Below, one piece after another: positions 13,430 to 26,400 of a stretch of DNA of 64,000 nucleotides (positions within the stretch are counted from its first letter, which is position 1; every line of letters starts with the position of its first letter). The stretch is taken from the NCBI GenBank assembly GCA_023213395.1, contig CM041465.1, positions 225,563,741-225,627,740 on the forward strand, read 5' to 3'. The position numbers and the translations under genes were made by a program. The DNA is from Cycas panzhihuaensis (Eukaryota; Plantae; Cycadophyta). The notes beneath the pieces were generated by a model. The model saw nothing but the letters and a program-made list of their open reading frames with translations, searched no databases and was not told where the DNA came from.

Positions 13430-15210
13430 GCCCTCACTTGTAAATACCATTTTTTTTTTTAATTTTATAATTTACTCCTTCCCTTCTATTTTTTTCTTTT
13501 TTCTAACCCCCATGCTCTTCCCTGATCTTTGCCATAGCTTGATAGAATTTTTGAAAGTCTGGTTGGTATATCGTATAGGGTGGATTAATCCCCTACTTTT
13601 TATAATGGTCATAAAGGATCCTAATATCACACAACACCTGCAGTTAGGCCATTGCCGATTTCTCTCTTGAATGTAACTACTCAATTTCTTCCTCCAATTT
13701 GTTGTTTCTTGTCTCCACCAAGGCTAAGTCTCTTTGCAAGGAAGAAATCATTGACAAAAAATGATTTGCATTTTTGACATCCTCTCGTGTCTGCAGAATC
13801 CATCTACCCAATTTATATATTACCTTTTCTAGTCCATGTGGGACTTGTTCAACGAACATTGCTTCAAAAACCCTTACCAAATGTTCCACCTTGAATGTAT
13901 CTCGACCTAATGCATGTTAAATTTAATTAGAAACTCTAGTTTTACTTTACAGGTTACTACTTTTTGAATCCACTACAAATTTAGGGATGGCCATTTATTA
14001 CGATCTTCTAATTCACACACCAACTATCAAATTACCTTAGCTAGGAATAAAATTTTCTAATGTGCCATGTTATTTGGTTGGCACTCCATTGGATCAATTC
14101 CTTCTTTTACGAATTCTTCTCCACTAAAATTAAAATCTACCTCAAATAGTTGATTCTTTGATTTTCTACCATAAGTTCCCTTCTCTTCCTCCTTTCCTCT
14201 TTTGTATTTGTGGGTTTATCTAATTGTTGAGCTGGTTAGAGTTTCTCCTTTAGGATTTCTTGCTTGATTATTGCTCCAATGTCTTTTGCCTTTTGTTTAT
14301 CTCTTTTTGTTTCCTTTCTTTTATTTTTCTCCCTCATTTCAATTTCTTTAGCAATGTCCTTTTGTTTTTGTTGTGCTCCCTCTTCAGCTGGTGAGGTCAC
14401 CTCTTCTCGTTGCCCTTCATATTGATTCACCTCCTATAGTGATAGCTAGGGGTTGTTTATCTAACTTTTTTACAGAAATAATTCTTTCACCTTTTCTTGA
14501 GTTTGGCTCCTCTAGGCCTTTCTTTGTTATCTAAAATAGTTTATCTAGACTGCTAGGACTAATTATCCCTATTATGCTTGAGGTAGATTTAATTCTAGAC
14601 AATGTGAGTATAATATTCCTTGGAGTAAGGTTTGGTAGTAAAATACTATGGATTGCACACTAGCCTTAATACTATTTAATTTTTCTGATAGCTTACCTAA
14701 CAAAAATGAAGCATAATTAAACTTATCTCCCTGTGCCACTCTTAGAAGCATCGATCTCATCTATGTAGGCACATACAAGTTCTTTTGGATCAAAATAACT
14801 TGAGTGAAGAGGAAATGAGCCACCTAACACTTGTGTCATCTGCAATCCCTATAATTCATATTCCAGATGTGGAGATATTGATACTTGAGTGCTTAGTTAT
14901 TTTACTGCCTGTTCTTAAGAAATTCTTTTATCCTTGGGTACCTCTTCACCTGAATTAGGTAAACCCAACATCTATGCAATGGCATTTGTTGAGACATCCA
15001 ATAAATTGGGATGGCATATTATCAAACTAATCATAGATGACAAAAAATCATGTGCTACCGAAAATAATCCTATTGGCACATACTTGGAAAATCTTGCCTT
15101 TACTATTTTTTTTTTACCATCGCTATCTGGCATATTGGTCCATTCATTTTTTATTTGGTCATCGTCTGTCTCTTGAAAATTTATGTGAATATCCAGGGTG
15201 TTCTTCATGT
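13430..15210 (-). pseudogene. Extra sense ORF of Gypsy B (PMD-like N-terminus, charged middle, coiled-coil-like C-terminus), decayed
   Basis: Collinear fragments 14972-15208, 14572-14760, 14236-14430, 13677-13889 and 13472-13684; motifs AIA*MLGLPNSGEEVP and KFNYASFLLGKL; homologous to 43815-45550. Confidence 0.75.
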
Positions 15211-15674
15211 ATGATTTTTTCTATTACTTTCCAACTCCTCTATTCTTCGACTTATATTCTTGTTTCAATTCTTACTCTCTTGTGTTCTATCTAGTATGCA
15301 AAACCATCATCATTCCAACTATGGGTTGTAATAACTAAGTTATAACCAAATCATCTCGTGATTACAATTTATTGTGTATGTTGGCCACTTGTCGTTGCCT
15401 CCACTACTCTTGATACCATTTGTTATTATTATCATTACTCTCAAATTGTTTCGATTTGCATGCAATCTTGCTGATGTGATTATTGATGGCTTCCACCACA
15501 TTGGTTGGCATTAGTATTAAATACTTTTCTTTTTTAATTTTATCAATCATAACTCACTGTGATTCGTATAGGCCATTTATTCCTAACATGGTGATTTACA
15601 TTCACTTTTCGTTCTTGGTTGTTATGTTACTTTGGGTTGCCATCCACTTTCTTCTTAAGTTATACCCTTCCCAT

Positions 15675-16262
15675 ATACTTAGTTGCAACTCTTGCATCCC
15701 TAGTTGTAGCTACTTTCCTAATTTAACTGTAACTTCTGCGTCTCTGATTATGGCCACTTATCATTTCTAGGTGTAACCTACTATGTCCTAGGTTGCAAAC
15801 ATTTCCAAACTTTAGGTATATCCTTTTGTGACCCTAGTTATAACTACTTTATGAACTTGATTGTAATATTTTGCATTTCATATTATAATTTCTTTGCAAA
15901 CCTACATGCTTTATGCCTAGTTATAACTCTATGTGACTCTGTTTGCAACTGCTTCATGATTTTAGTTATAACCTTTTGCATCATACATTGTAATTGTTTT
16001 TCAAACTTGGTTGTAACATTCTACGTCCCGGGTTATAATCATTTTACGAATTTGGTTGCAACCTTCTACACCTCGAGTTACAACGACTTCATGAACTTGG
16101 TTTCAACCTTCTACATTTTGAGTTATAACTGCTATATGAACCTAGTTGCACCTTATGCGTTTTAGGTTGTAACCACTTCATAAACCTAATTGCAACATTT
16201 TACGTCCTAGGTTCTAACTGCTTTATGAAATTGGTTGTAATTTTCTGCATCTCGGGGTGCAA
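15675..16262. repeat. Degenerate tandem array, ~45-bp dimeric unit (22+23 bp) around a GTTGCAAC core
   Basis: Cores start at 16055, 16077, 16100, 16122 and 16145; the + strand translation shows a 15-aa period (NLVxTFY...YN). Confidence 0.85.
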
Positions 16263-16338
16263 TAATAGCCTCATCTTAAAGTCTTTATATTTGAAATGAT
16301 TGAGGAATATCTGCTCCTATGGTTCTCCCCTCCCCTCC

Positions 16339-16341
<3 letters not shown>

Positions 16342-16376
<35 letters not shown>
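16342..16376. repeat. (CT)n microsatellite at the end of B pol
   Basis: Direct CT dinucleotide run. Confidence 0.95.
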
Positions 16377-16377
<1 letters not shown>

Positions 16378-16379
<2 letters not shown>

Positions 16380-18420
16380 CATGTATCGTTTCAGCCAACT
16401 TCCATTGACTACTTTTTTAAATAACATTCCATCAAGTTGTTTGAGTTATACTACTCTATTAGGCCTAATACAATTTACCTTATATGGACCAAGTTATTGC
16501 AACATTAATATTTTAAATCTTTATCCAAAATTTTCTATCATATAAAAGTACAAGATCCACCTCTTGAAACTAAAGTACTTTGAGATGCTGATCATGCCAT
16601 GCTTTGCATCTTCGTTTCTCTACTTTCAATTCTTATAAAGCCCTAACTCTTTTTTCATCCATTTTTATTAATTTGATCAGTTGTTGTTCCCTTGAATCTT
16701 CCTTTACTAGCCTCAACTATAAGGCTACCCTTAAGCTTTCTATTTGGAATTTAAGAGGAAGTATTGCTTCTAGCCCATAGACTAATTGAAACGATGTTTG
16801 TTTATGTGATTTTTTTACTATTGTTCTGTTTGCCCATAACACCAAATAGAGCCATTCTATCTAATCCATTCTCCCTTTATTATAGATTTTAGATAATGCT
16901 AATTTTAAAATTTTATTCATGCTCTCCACTTATCCATTTACTTGAGGATAATATAGAGAAGATTTAGAATGTTGAATCATAAATTCCTTAGTAAGATAAT
17001 TAATTATCTCATTCAAAAAACAACTTCCTTGATCATAAATAATTTCTAAGAGACTACCAAATCAAATGATGGTCATTTCATATAAAAATTAAGATATACT
17101 TTGAGCATCATACGTTCTCATTGGTTTCACTTTTGTCTATTTGATCAAGAAATTCATAGCCACCAAAATATATCTTACATTTGTCCATCTAGTTGGTAGA
17201 TCAATGGGTTCATTAAAATCTAATCCAGTCCCTATTTTTAAAATGGTGTATGGGCTAGAATGGGATGGAAAGGTATCAAATAATTCTTTGTTGGTTTCCT
17301 AACTCATTGGCATGCATCATAACTATAAATCCATTTTTCTATATCCTAGAATAATATAGGCCACTAAAGTTCATCTAATAAATTTTTTTAAGTTGTGGGT
17401 TCAACACCTTGATGTTTTGTTGCAACGCCTTCATGGGCTTCTCTGATGACAACTTCTACCTTGTGTTCTATTATACATCACCTCAACACCTAGTTTGGTC
17501 CTAATTTGTATAGCATCCTTTGAATCAATTGAAAAGGAAAAAAAAAATGAGTAAAACTTTGACATTCTACTTATTCCATACTTAATGGTATTTGCCCTAT
17601 AGACAAATACTGCGTAATATATTTGTACTATTTAGGTACTACTTTAATATAAAATAATTCTATATTTAAAAAATCATCCTAGATTCCCATGGATGGTTCT
17701 CCTTCTACGTCCCTTAATAACATGTTTAGAATTACATGCTTATCTCCTCTTTTCACCATAATTTTGAAGTTGAATTCTTGAAACAACATCAACCATTAGC
17801 TGATTCTTCCCTGTAAAATGGGTTTATTAACCAAGTACTATAAGGCCTAGTGGTCTACAAAAAAAAAAAAGGATTAACTAGTAAATAATGCCTAAATTTT
17901 TAAAGGGCGTAGGCCATACCCAAGCCTTCTCGTTTAGTCACCTTATTATTTAATCATCAAATAATTTCATTCTATTTTTGTTAACTTGTGACTTACAAAA
18001 TATATCAATAGATCTACTTTATTGTCTTCTGGTTATATTAATACACATCCAATAATAAGTAAAGAGGCATCTATATGTATATAGAATAGTTTGTCCCAAT
18101 TAAGAAATCATAGTATTGGTTCCTGACCGATCTTCTTCTTTAGAAGTTCAAATGCAAGTTGTTGTTGTAATTTCCATTGCCACCTAGCTTTCTTTGTCAG
18201 CAAGGCTTCAAAGGGATTAGTTATCTAAGCATAATTTTTTATAAACTTCTAATAGTATTCTGTCATTCCTAAGAATCCTTTGACCTATTTTTGTGTTTTA
18301 GGTATATGGAAGATTAAGATTATAGCTACTTTGTTAAGATCCACAAACAATCCATTTTGTGACACCACATGACCCAATAAGGTCCTAAAGGGAACTATGA
18401 ATGTACATTTTATAGGATTC
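16378..18420 (-). pseudogene. Gypsy B pol, 3' part (RT end, RNase H, integrase)
   Basis: PIKCTFIVPFRTLLGHVVS, FRHYLL (RH), integrase core and GPY-type tail; collinear with C 40600-42580. Confidence 0.9.
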
Positions 18421-21400
18421 TATTAAACTTTAACATGGAAAACATTAATCATCCATAATAATAATATCAATGACCAAAGATTAACTCAACATAATTAAAA
18501 TACATTGACATACCAAAGCACCACAGACTCAACATAAGCCTTGATGATTACTTAATGACATATACTACCTCAACCACCTTTATATACAAAATAGGTGGGA
18601 GGACATACAAGACAAGTAATGCATGTGGGACAAATACATTTATTCTAACCAATGACATTAGACCAACTAACTTGACCAATAAGCTTCTATCTTCTCACAC
18701 AATATTATAATGACTCTTGGATTCTAAGACTTAGGACTATGATTATTAATCGTAGAACATACTTTACTTAACCATATACACATTAAACATTATACTCTAA
18801 CACCTCCCCTTAATGCTTAATGTTAAGACTACAAAAAGTGACTAAATACTAAAGACTAGCATAATACTTAATAATGGACTTAGGACATTAAACATGACCT
18901 CCAATGGACTATAATTTGATCAACATATACTTTGATTTCTTTGAATTTATAACGTCTTGATCTTAGAAAGATTTTGAACACAATGTCTTAGACTTGGTCT
19001 TGGTCTTTAATCCTGCAATATCACCTTTGGAGTAGTCCTTTAGAGTGACGATTCTTGAACTTTGTATTTTTTGTCTTCATGTGCAATTGGGAACCCTTTA
19101 TTATACAAGATGTGTAGTAGATCAAGCTTAAGCTGACTTGTGCTTGGTGAGGACCTGTCAAGTGTTTCTGCATGTATTTATTAAAGGTGTCTTCAAGGTA
19201 TACATCAAATATGTCTTCTATCAGAATTCTAATTACTACCTATTTGCTTCCACTTTCTTCAACATGTGAGTGATCAAATAAATAAATGTCAGTAATTGAA
19301 GATAAGTTGACAATTTCATCAATATCCATATATGACGATAAGTCATCAAGTAGTGAGACAACATCACTTAAAGTGTGAACATTGTATAGACCATCATTAT
19401 GAGTATCATCATTATCGTCATCAATGTTTTATAAGTCAACATCATTTAAGACATAAGCATGAATATCTTCATCTTGTATATGTTTCTCTTCAATAAGATC
19501 TTCATTGATTTGTGAGCAATTTTAGTGCAACTAATATCTAAATCATAAATGAGCTTAACAAGATCATCAAATGAACAAACAAACTCTACTTCATCATCTT
19601 TGATAAGACCATCCTCCCCTGAAGCAATGAATTCATCGAGTTGAGTTTTAATTGCTTCATTATAGTTACTCGTAGACTGTTTAGTTATATGTGTGGGACT
19701 AACAAGATGTCATGTTTTCTCCATATCACCCAAGAAATTCCTTGAACCAAGTATAATCAATATTTCCATGATAACTACATGCACATACTTTCCAATTATG
19801 GTTATACAGAGATGGAGCATTACTTTGATATGATTGAACTTTATGATCAAGTAGCCTATCCAAAATATACTATGATCTTGATAACCAAGATTTTGATCAT
19901 ATAGTGTATTTCCTATGATCCTTCCTTCCTTGAAAGAGCCTTTTAGAGTTGTTATAGGATACATTGCCATTATTTGGATTCTTTCAAAGATGAAGATAGA
20001 AGCTGTGACTGAATTGAGTGCAATCATAGATAGTCTCCAATATGTGCATATTAATATATATCCCAACCTCATTTGAATCCTAGCTACAAATCTATCAATA
20101 CAAACTAGAATAATATTGCTTATACCTTCTGTCAGGGTGTTTGTCTCTCCATGAAGAAATACCTATAGAGGTTGAAGTTCAGGTTCTTCAACTTCCATTC
20201 TTCCATCAATCCCAAGTGTGAGGTTTCTTGTCATCTTAATGAGGCTTAGGTCATTTGATGAATTCAAATTTTCATCAGATTTTAGGCAAAGATTATCAGA
20301 ATCTTATTCATTTGCTTTAGGAATATCTATATGAGGATTGTCCTTACTAGAATCAAGGTAATTTTTGGCTTTCCTTTTCAGCTTCTTTCTTTAGTTCCTT
20401 GTCCTTCTGATACTCCTTTATACTTCTTTAGGTCATTTTTCATGTACTTCTGCCAGTAGATTCCAGGCATCTTCTGCTAAGTCTGTATTTTGAAGAGTTT
20501 GGACAAGGAAATGATATGAAGTATGAAAGTTCTCCTTGTAAAACGCTACAACCATTGCATGAATGACTGCTCTATTTTTCTTTTTGAAAGTTACCTCCCA
20601 TTCTTTATTGATCAAAACTCTTCCAAGCACAATGTTCCATAAGCCTTTTATTCTGAAGACACATTCCATTTTAATTTTCCATATTCGAAAATTAATTCTA
20701 ATATATCTAGGTAGAGCTATGTTGGTGCCTCTTACCTAAAATTCCTTTTTCTCTGCTACAAAGGTAATGATTTCACTTAGCTCCATACTGTATGATTAAG
20801 TATAAACGCATTACTCAACCATGTCAAACCAAGGATCTTTACTAAATAATTTGCCCTTTTATTAATCAATGGATTTTAGCATAGCTCTAGCCCAAAACTT
20901 GCTCTTGCTCGCCCATTAACCACATGCAAGAATATATAATCAGCTCATGTCACTATTGGGACACAACTTCATCTTCACATATATCCTATTAAGGGCAAAC
21001 ACTATATCCACTAACTTGGAAATATACCTTAATATAAAAATCACTTTATGCAATGAGGAATGTGTTATACCAAAGGCGATTTTAATCTTTGATAGAGATA
21101 AAGTTATTAAATATCAAATATTAATGATTTGATATATGAAGCTCTACATTAATATATCGAATGCAACTAAATAAATAGATGAATGGGTGAGCTTTGTATA
21201 AATATTTAGGGTAGTCCAGAAGTAAGAACTCCTAACTGTGTAGGTGAGGTAGAAGCAAATTCTTCATGGATGCATTCATGACTAATGGCGATTCTCCTAT
21301 ATATTGATCTCTGAAGTGCGCCTTCAACTTGCTCCTTATTAGTGTCACTGTTCAATGTGGAGAAGCATGAGTGTGGTGGGGTTGGTTGATTGAGGTTGCA

Positions 21401-23446
21401 GTAGTCGAAGCCGAACCAGACATTTATGGGAAGAAACATTTTGAAGTAATACTCTATTTTTTTAGACTATCAATTACCCTGTCATCAGTCCAATATTATG
21501 TGGAACCATGCGAGGGAATGCCCAGACAAATGCAGAATCTTCATGTGTCACCCTTAAGATTTTCAGCATCGACAGAACGCCAGGTTGACATCGTAGTACT
21601 TTAGCCCACTTAGGCCTCCTCTCGTTTGACCCTACACACTTCAGGCAAGGATGACATATACCTCAAATTATTGAGTGTCATAGGTTTATGGGTTCGTCTC
21701 CCACTATGGAGTCAGAATCAAACTTAGACAACCTTTCGTGGAGTAACAACAGAACCCAAGAATTTGACGTCTCCCACAGAGGTAAAAGATCCTACTCTGC
21801 TACATAGATCGTTATCGCCAACGTTCATTCGATGTCACCCAACAAACTGAGAATTGGTGTAGTAAGAGAAGACAACTGCCTTCAGTAGGTGTCCACTAAC
21901 CCTTAATCTGCCTGTGATCATTGAGTTCGATAGAATTTCATATGCTTATGATCCGAATATCTAGTGTTGTCGCCATGATTATACTTGGCAGAGTCTTCCA
22001 AGAGGAATGGGAGTTTTGGCAATTTCTCGGTGAGGTGCAGGGATGGAGTCTAGTTGTTTGCTCTCATTTGTTGATCAAATGATTAAGCAGAGAAGTGAAG
22101 GTCTTCTACAGGCGCATCGTGAAGCCATTGCAGTGCATAATTCCTAGTTCAAATCTTTGTTGCCTCAATACTTGGGCACACCTTATGTTGATGAAGATGT
22201 GGAACTTCACTTTCTTGACTCAAGACTTTAATCTAGTGGTCGACCTAACAAAGCCACCTTCCTCCCTTATGGAGATGGCGAACCTGCACAATACTAGTCT
22301 TAACAAGTAAATTTCTTATTCAAACATGTAAGCAATATCTTCTTTCTTTCACAGCTCAGGCATCTCCTTCATGGCAAAACTTCTTAAGAATATCCAACTT
22401 TATTTTCACCTGTGCTTTGTTCATTCTCCATGGCACATAACCATATAACAGTAAATAGAGATAACCATCTCTTGTACATCATAAATAATCACGAAAAAAT
22501 ACAACTGTGAGACTTCTATTCTCTTGAGGACAGATTTTACAAATTATTTCCCTTCTTCTATGAGCAGACAATAATTTCTACACAACTATTTTCTCTTCTC
22601 TTTTGAGCAAATACTCAACTATCATTAGTCACAACCCTTGAAGAATCAATATTTCACCTAACACTACTGATTTAGAAAGCACTTTTATCACCAGTTCAAG
22701 GTTGATTTTTCATAACCCCTTTGAATTTCTAATACAAACCCTATTGGTAGAAATGTGGCCTTATCTCTCATATTCAAGACACTTTTAACAATAAATAATT
22801 TCTTCACATGTCACCTTTTCATGAAACCCCTATTGATAAAAAGTGGAGGAACAGAATTATCCAGGATAGACTCTGTCTTGAATTATTACTGACACACCTT
22901 TGAGCAGTAATGGAATTTGAACTTCTCCCCTATAACTCATTCTTCAACTTGGTATATGACTTAACAGTCTCCTCCTTCCTTACTAGAAGATTGACTGATT
23001 TGAACATAATAGCCTTAACTTGCAACCTGCAATTACACAAATATGGAAACCTGCTCTGATACCATGTTAAACTTTAACATGGAAAACATTCATCATCCAC
23101 AATAACAATATCAATGACCAAAGATTAACTCAACATAATCAAAATATATTGACATACCAAAGCACCAAATACTCAACATGAGCCTTGATGATTACTTAAT
23201 GACATATACTACTTTAACCACCTTTATATACAAAATAGGTGAGATGGCATACAAGATAAGTAATGCATGTGGGGCAAATACCTTTATCTTGACTAATGAC
23301 ATTATACCAACTAACTTAACCAATAAGCTTCTATCTTCTCACACAATATTATAATGACTCTTGGACTCTAAGACTTAGGACTATGACTATTAATCCTAGG
23401 ACACACTTTACTTAACCATACACACATTAAACATTATACTCTAACA
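18421..23446 (-). mobile_element. Non-autonomous Copia-type LTR element D with gag only (TR-GAG-like)
   Basis: LTRs at 18421-18802 and 23065-23446; perfect TSD GATTC; perfect PBS TGGTATCAGAGC (23053-23064); PPT AAGGGGAGG (18803-18811); no RT, INT or RH motif recognised inside. Confidence 0.88.
20100..20730 (-). pseudogene. Copia-type gag N-terminus of element D
   Basis: NFRIWKIKMECVFRIKGLWNIV...AEDAWNLLAEVH resembles DUF4219/UBN2 gag. Confidence 0.75.
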
Positions 23447-26400
23447 GATTCAAACATAATTTACTCTTTCTGTAGGTTTTAAGCATCAAACATAAATAAC
23501 CAAGATGATTTTTTAACAAAGTAAATAATATCCAATCATCTAAAAATACCTCAATTAATTTTCTAATAGTTTGATTAAAAATATTGAGAATCACCCTCTA
23601 AAATATGGCTGAAGCATTGGTTAGTTTGAGCAACATAACTCTAAATGTATATGTACCCCACTCTATGATAAATGTTATCTTTAATTGATCTTTAGTCACA
23701 ATCTACACATGATTATATCCGCTCAATCCATTTGTAAATGAATAAACTTTGTGTCCTGTAACTTTTTCCAAAATATCCTTAGTGAATATAATCGAGAATG
23801 AGTCTTTCTTTGTTCATTTATTTAGAGCTTTAGAACAACTATAATTGGGCTCACCCATTCACTATTATCTATCTCAAAAATATAATTTGCTTCAAATAAT
23901 TTATCAAGTTCTGCTTTAAATTTTTCTTGCTACTTTGGATTCATATGGTATAGTCATTGCCTTATTGGTCTAGCCCCCTCTACTAATTCTATCTTATGTT
24001 CTCTTAGTTTAGGCAAAATGCCTTTTAAATCTTTATAAGACCATGCAAAAACATCTTTATATTCTATAAATAATAAGGAAGCTTATTATACCATCTTTGC
24101 ATTCTAATAATCTCCCAAATTGATGATTTGAGGTTGTTTCTTTATCCCAATATTAATTTCATGTAATTTAAAATTTTCTCCTTCCACTGTTTTACTATTT
24201 GGACTTATCTTATATGTCAGAGTGTCATCTATGATGCGTTCCTCATATTCCATTATAGAATATCCTAGGGGAAAAGTTTGCTTCTCTTCTTTGTCTTTTA
24301 TATTTATATGGAAGCAATTCTTTTTTTTTCTTCCACTACTTTTTCTTTAAAAATTTACAGAATTTCTTTAATTTGGTTATTTTTATTATGGTATACAAAA
24401 ATCTGGTAAAGATTCTAGATCATTATGTCCCAATCTACTATCTTTACTTTTTCACAATGATTATACCAGACTATAAAGATTCCTTTAAACATTGGTCCCC
24501 ATCGCTGCACCCGTTCCTTTTTTAGGATTTTATTACTTGTCTATGATTGAACATAATTTTGTACATATAGATAAGGATCATCTCTGTTCCAAAATGAAGG
24601 TAATTCATGCAATTGGAATCTATTCAAAAAATCAAATTTATATACAACATACCACAACTTTGTTTAAGCTACCAAAGAACATGGAAACACAAGATAACAA
24701 AATTTTTGTTGCTATTTATTTTTTATTATAGCAATATATTTTTCCAAATATTTTTGTACTAGCTGTGAATATCTATCATATTTAGGAAATTTGGAAATTA
24801 TTTTAGCACAAACCAAATTTCCTTATATAATTATTTCTATTTGCAATAATTTTGGTTGTACCTCCTACTTTTCTTCATTGTCTAAAGAATCTCTACATAA
24901 TTCTAAATTATAACAAGAAGGTGATTCTTCTTCTTCCTAGGAATTATGAAGCCAATTTAGCATATAAGAAGGGCTACTTAGAAAAACTGGTTATATTTGG
25001 AATGCAATTTTTGAACAAGGTCTAACTATTGATTTCGATGTGGCTATTGTGGATGATGCTTTTACTTCATCTTTGATTTTTTCTATATGTGGTCCATCCA
25101 AGCATAAGGGAAATGCCACTATCTTTTTTCCTGTTAGCAGTGTGAATGTATACTTATCCCAATCTTGAATAGCTTATGTGGCCAAAAGCCAAGGCCTCCC
25201 AATAAGGCTAGATAAGTCTTCCTTTGATTTTGCATTTATACCACTACAAAATCTAAGAGCACCATGACATCTATAACTATTACTGGAACGTTCAATAATG
25301 TACCCATGGGCCTTACCTAAAGTTGATTAACCAATCTAATAGAATAATTAGGAGTAACTACATTAGGCCTTCCCAAGGCTATCTAAGAGGATTCTGGTAG
25401 TATGGTTACCCCTGAGCCTTCGTCTACAATTGTTTCACATAAGGTTGCTCCAAAGACTACCATTGGAACTCTTAAGTCTACTCCAGTATCTTTGATAGCC
25501 CTTAGTACTAATTTTTTAATTTGTTCCAATACTAATTACTGGAAGTAACCCACTTCCAACCATTTAAACATGATTGATATAGGAATGGAAACTCTTCTAA
25601 TTTAGTAAGTATATCTTTAACCATTTATAAACTTTACGAAAGATTCATACCTTCTTGTGTCACTTGTGTTGATCTTCTTTTATAATGTAAGCCCTTGAAT
25701 CTTTGTTCTTATTGAAAATCCTCCTATTGCATTTCTCCCATGGCTTCTTGAAGAACTTTCACTACTTCTTGTAATCATTGTTTTTTAATTATTGGATCTG
25801 AAATATTATCTTAAAGAGGAGGTCCCATGGTTATGTTGCTATGTGTTTGTAAATATGCAGATTTTTCTTGGTCTAAGACTATGTCTACTAAATTTACATT
25901 TTGGACTATATTATTCTTTGGGCAATTTATCCATTCGTGATTTGTTGGTCGACATGCCTCATAAATGAATTCTCCTTTTTTCTCCAATAGATATTTAGAT
26001 CTATAATATTTCCATCTTTGACATAGAAATCAATGAATTGGCCTTGCTTTCCCTTTATATTACTTTATCATTCCATGTTCTATTTTTTGAGAATATATGT
26101 TATGGATTTTTTCATTATTATTTTTTGGTCTAGAATAACATTCCCAAGTATTATGATTATTTCTTTAATAATTATCGCACCATTTCACAGATCCTCCATG
26201 TTCATTCTTTAGGTGCCCTTGCTGATTTCAAGGCAAGGGACACCAAATGTTTTCTCATGATTTTTCTAGTCATAGATAGGACAATTCTACACATAGCTTT
26301 TCTAACTTCTAATTTTGTTGCATATTAAATAAAACAGAAATAGGTGGTTACTATTTTAATGCTTCCACCTCCTTCTTCAATACTTTAATCTCTGGGTTAG

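Noticed and set aside
15851-16165. 104-aa repeat protein on the + strand
   Set aside because: It is a by-product of the 45-bp DNA period; C's 19-bp array cannot keep such a frame.
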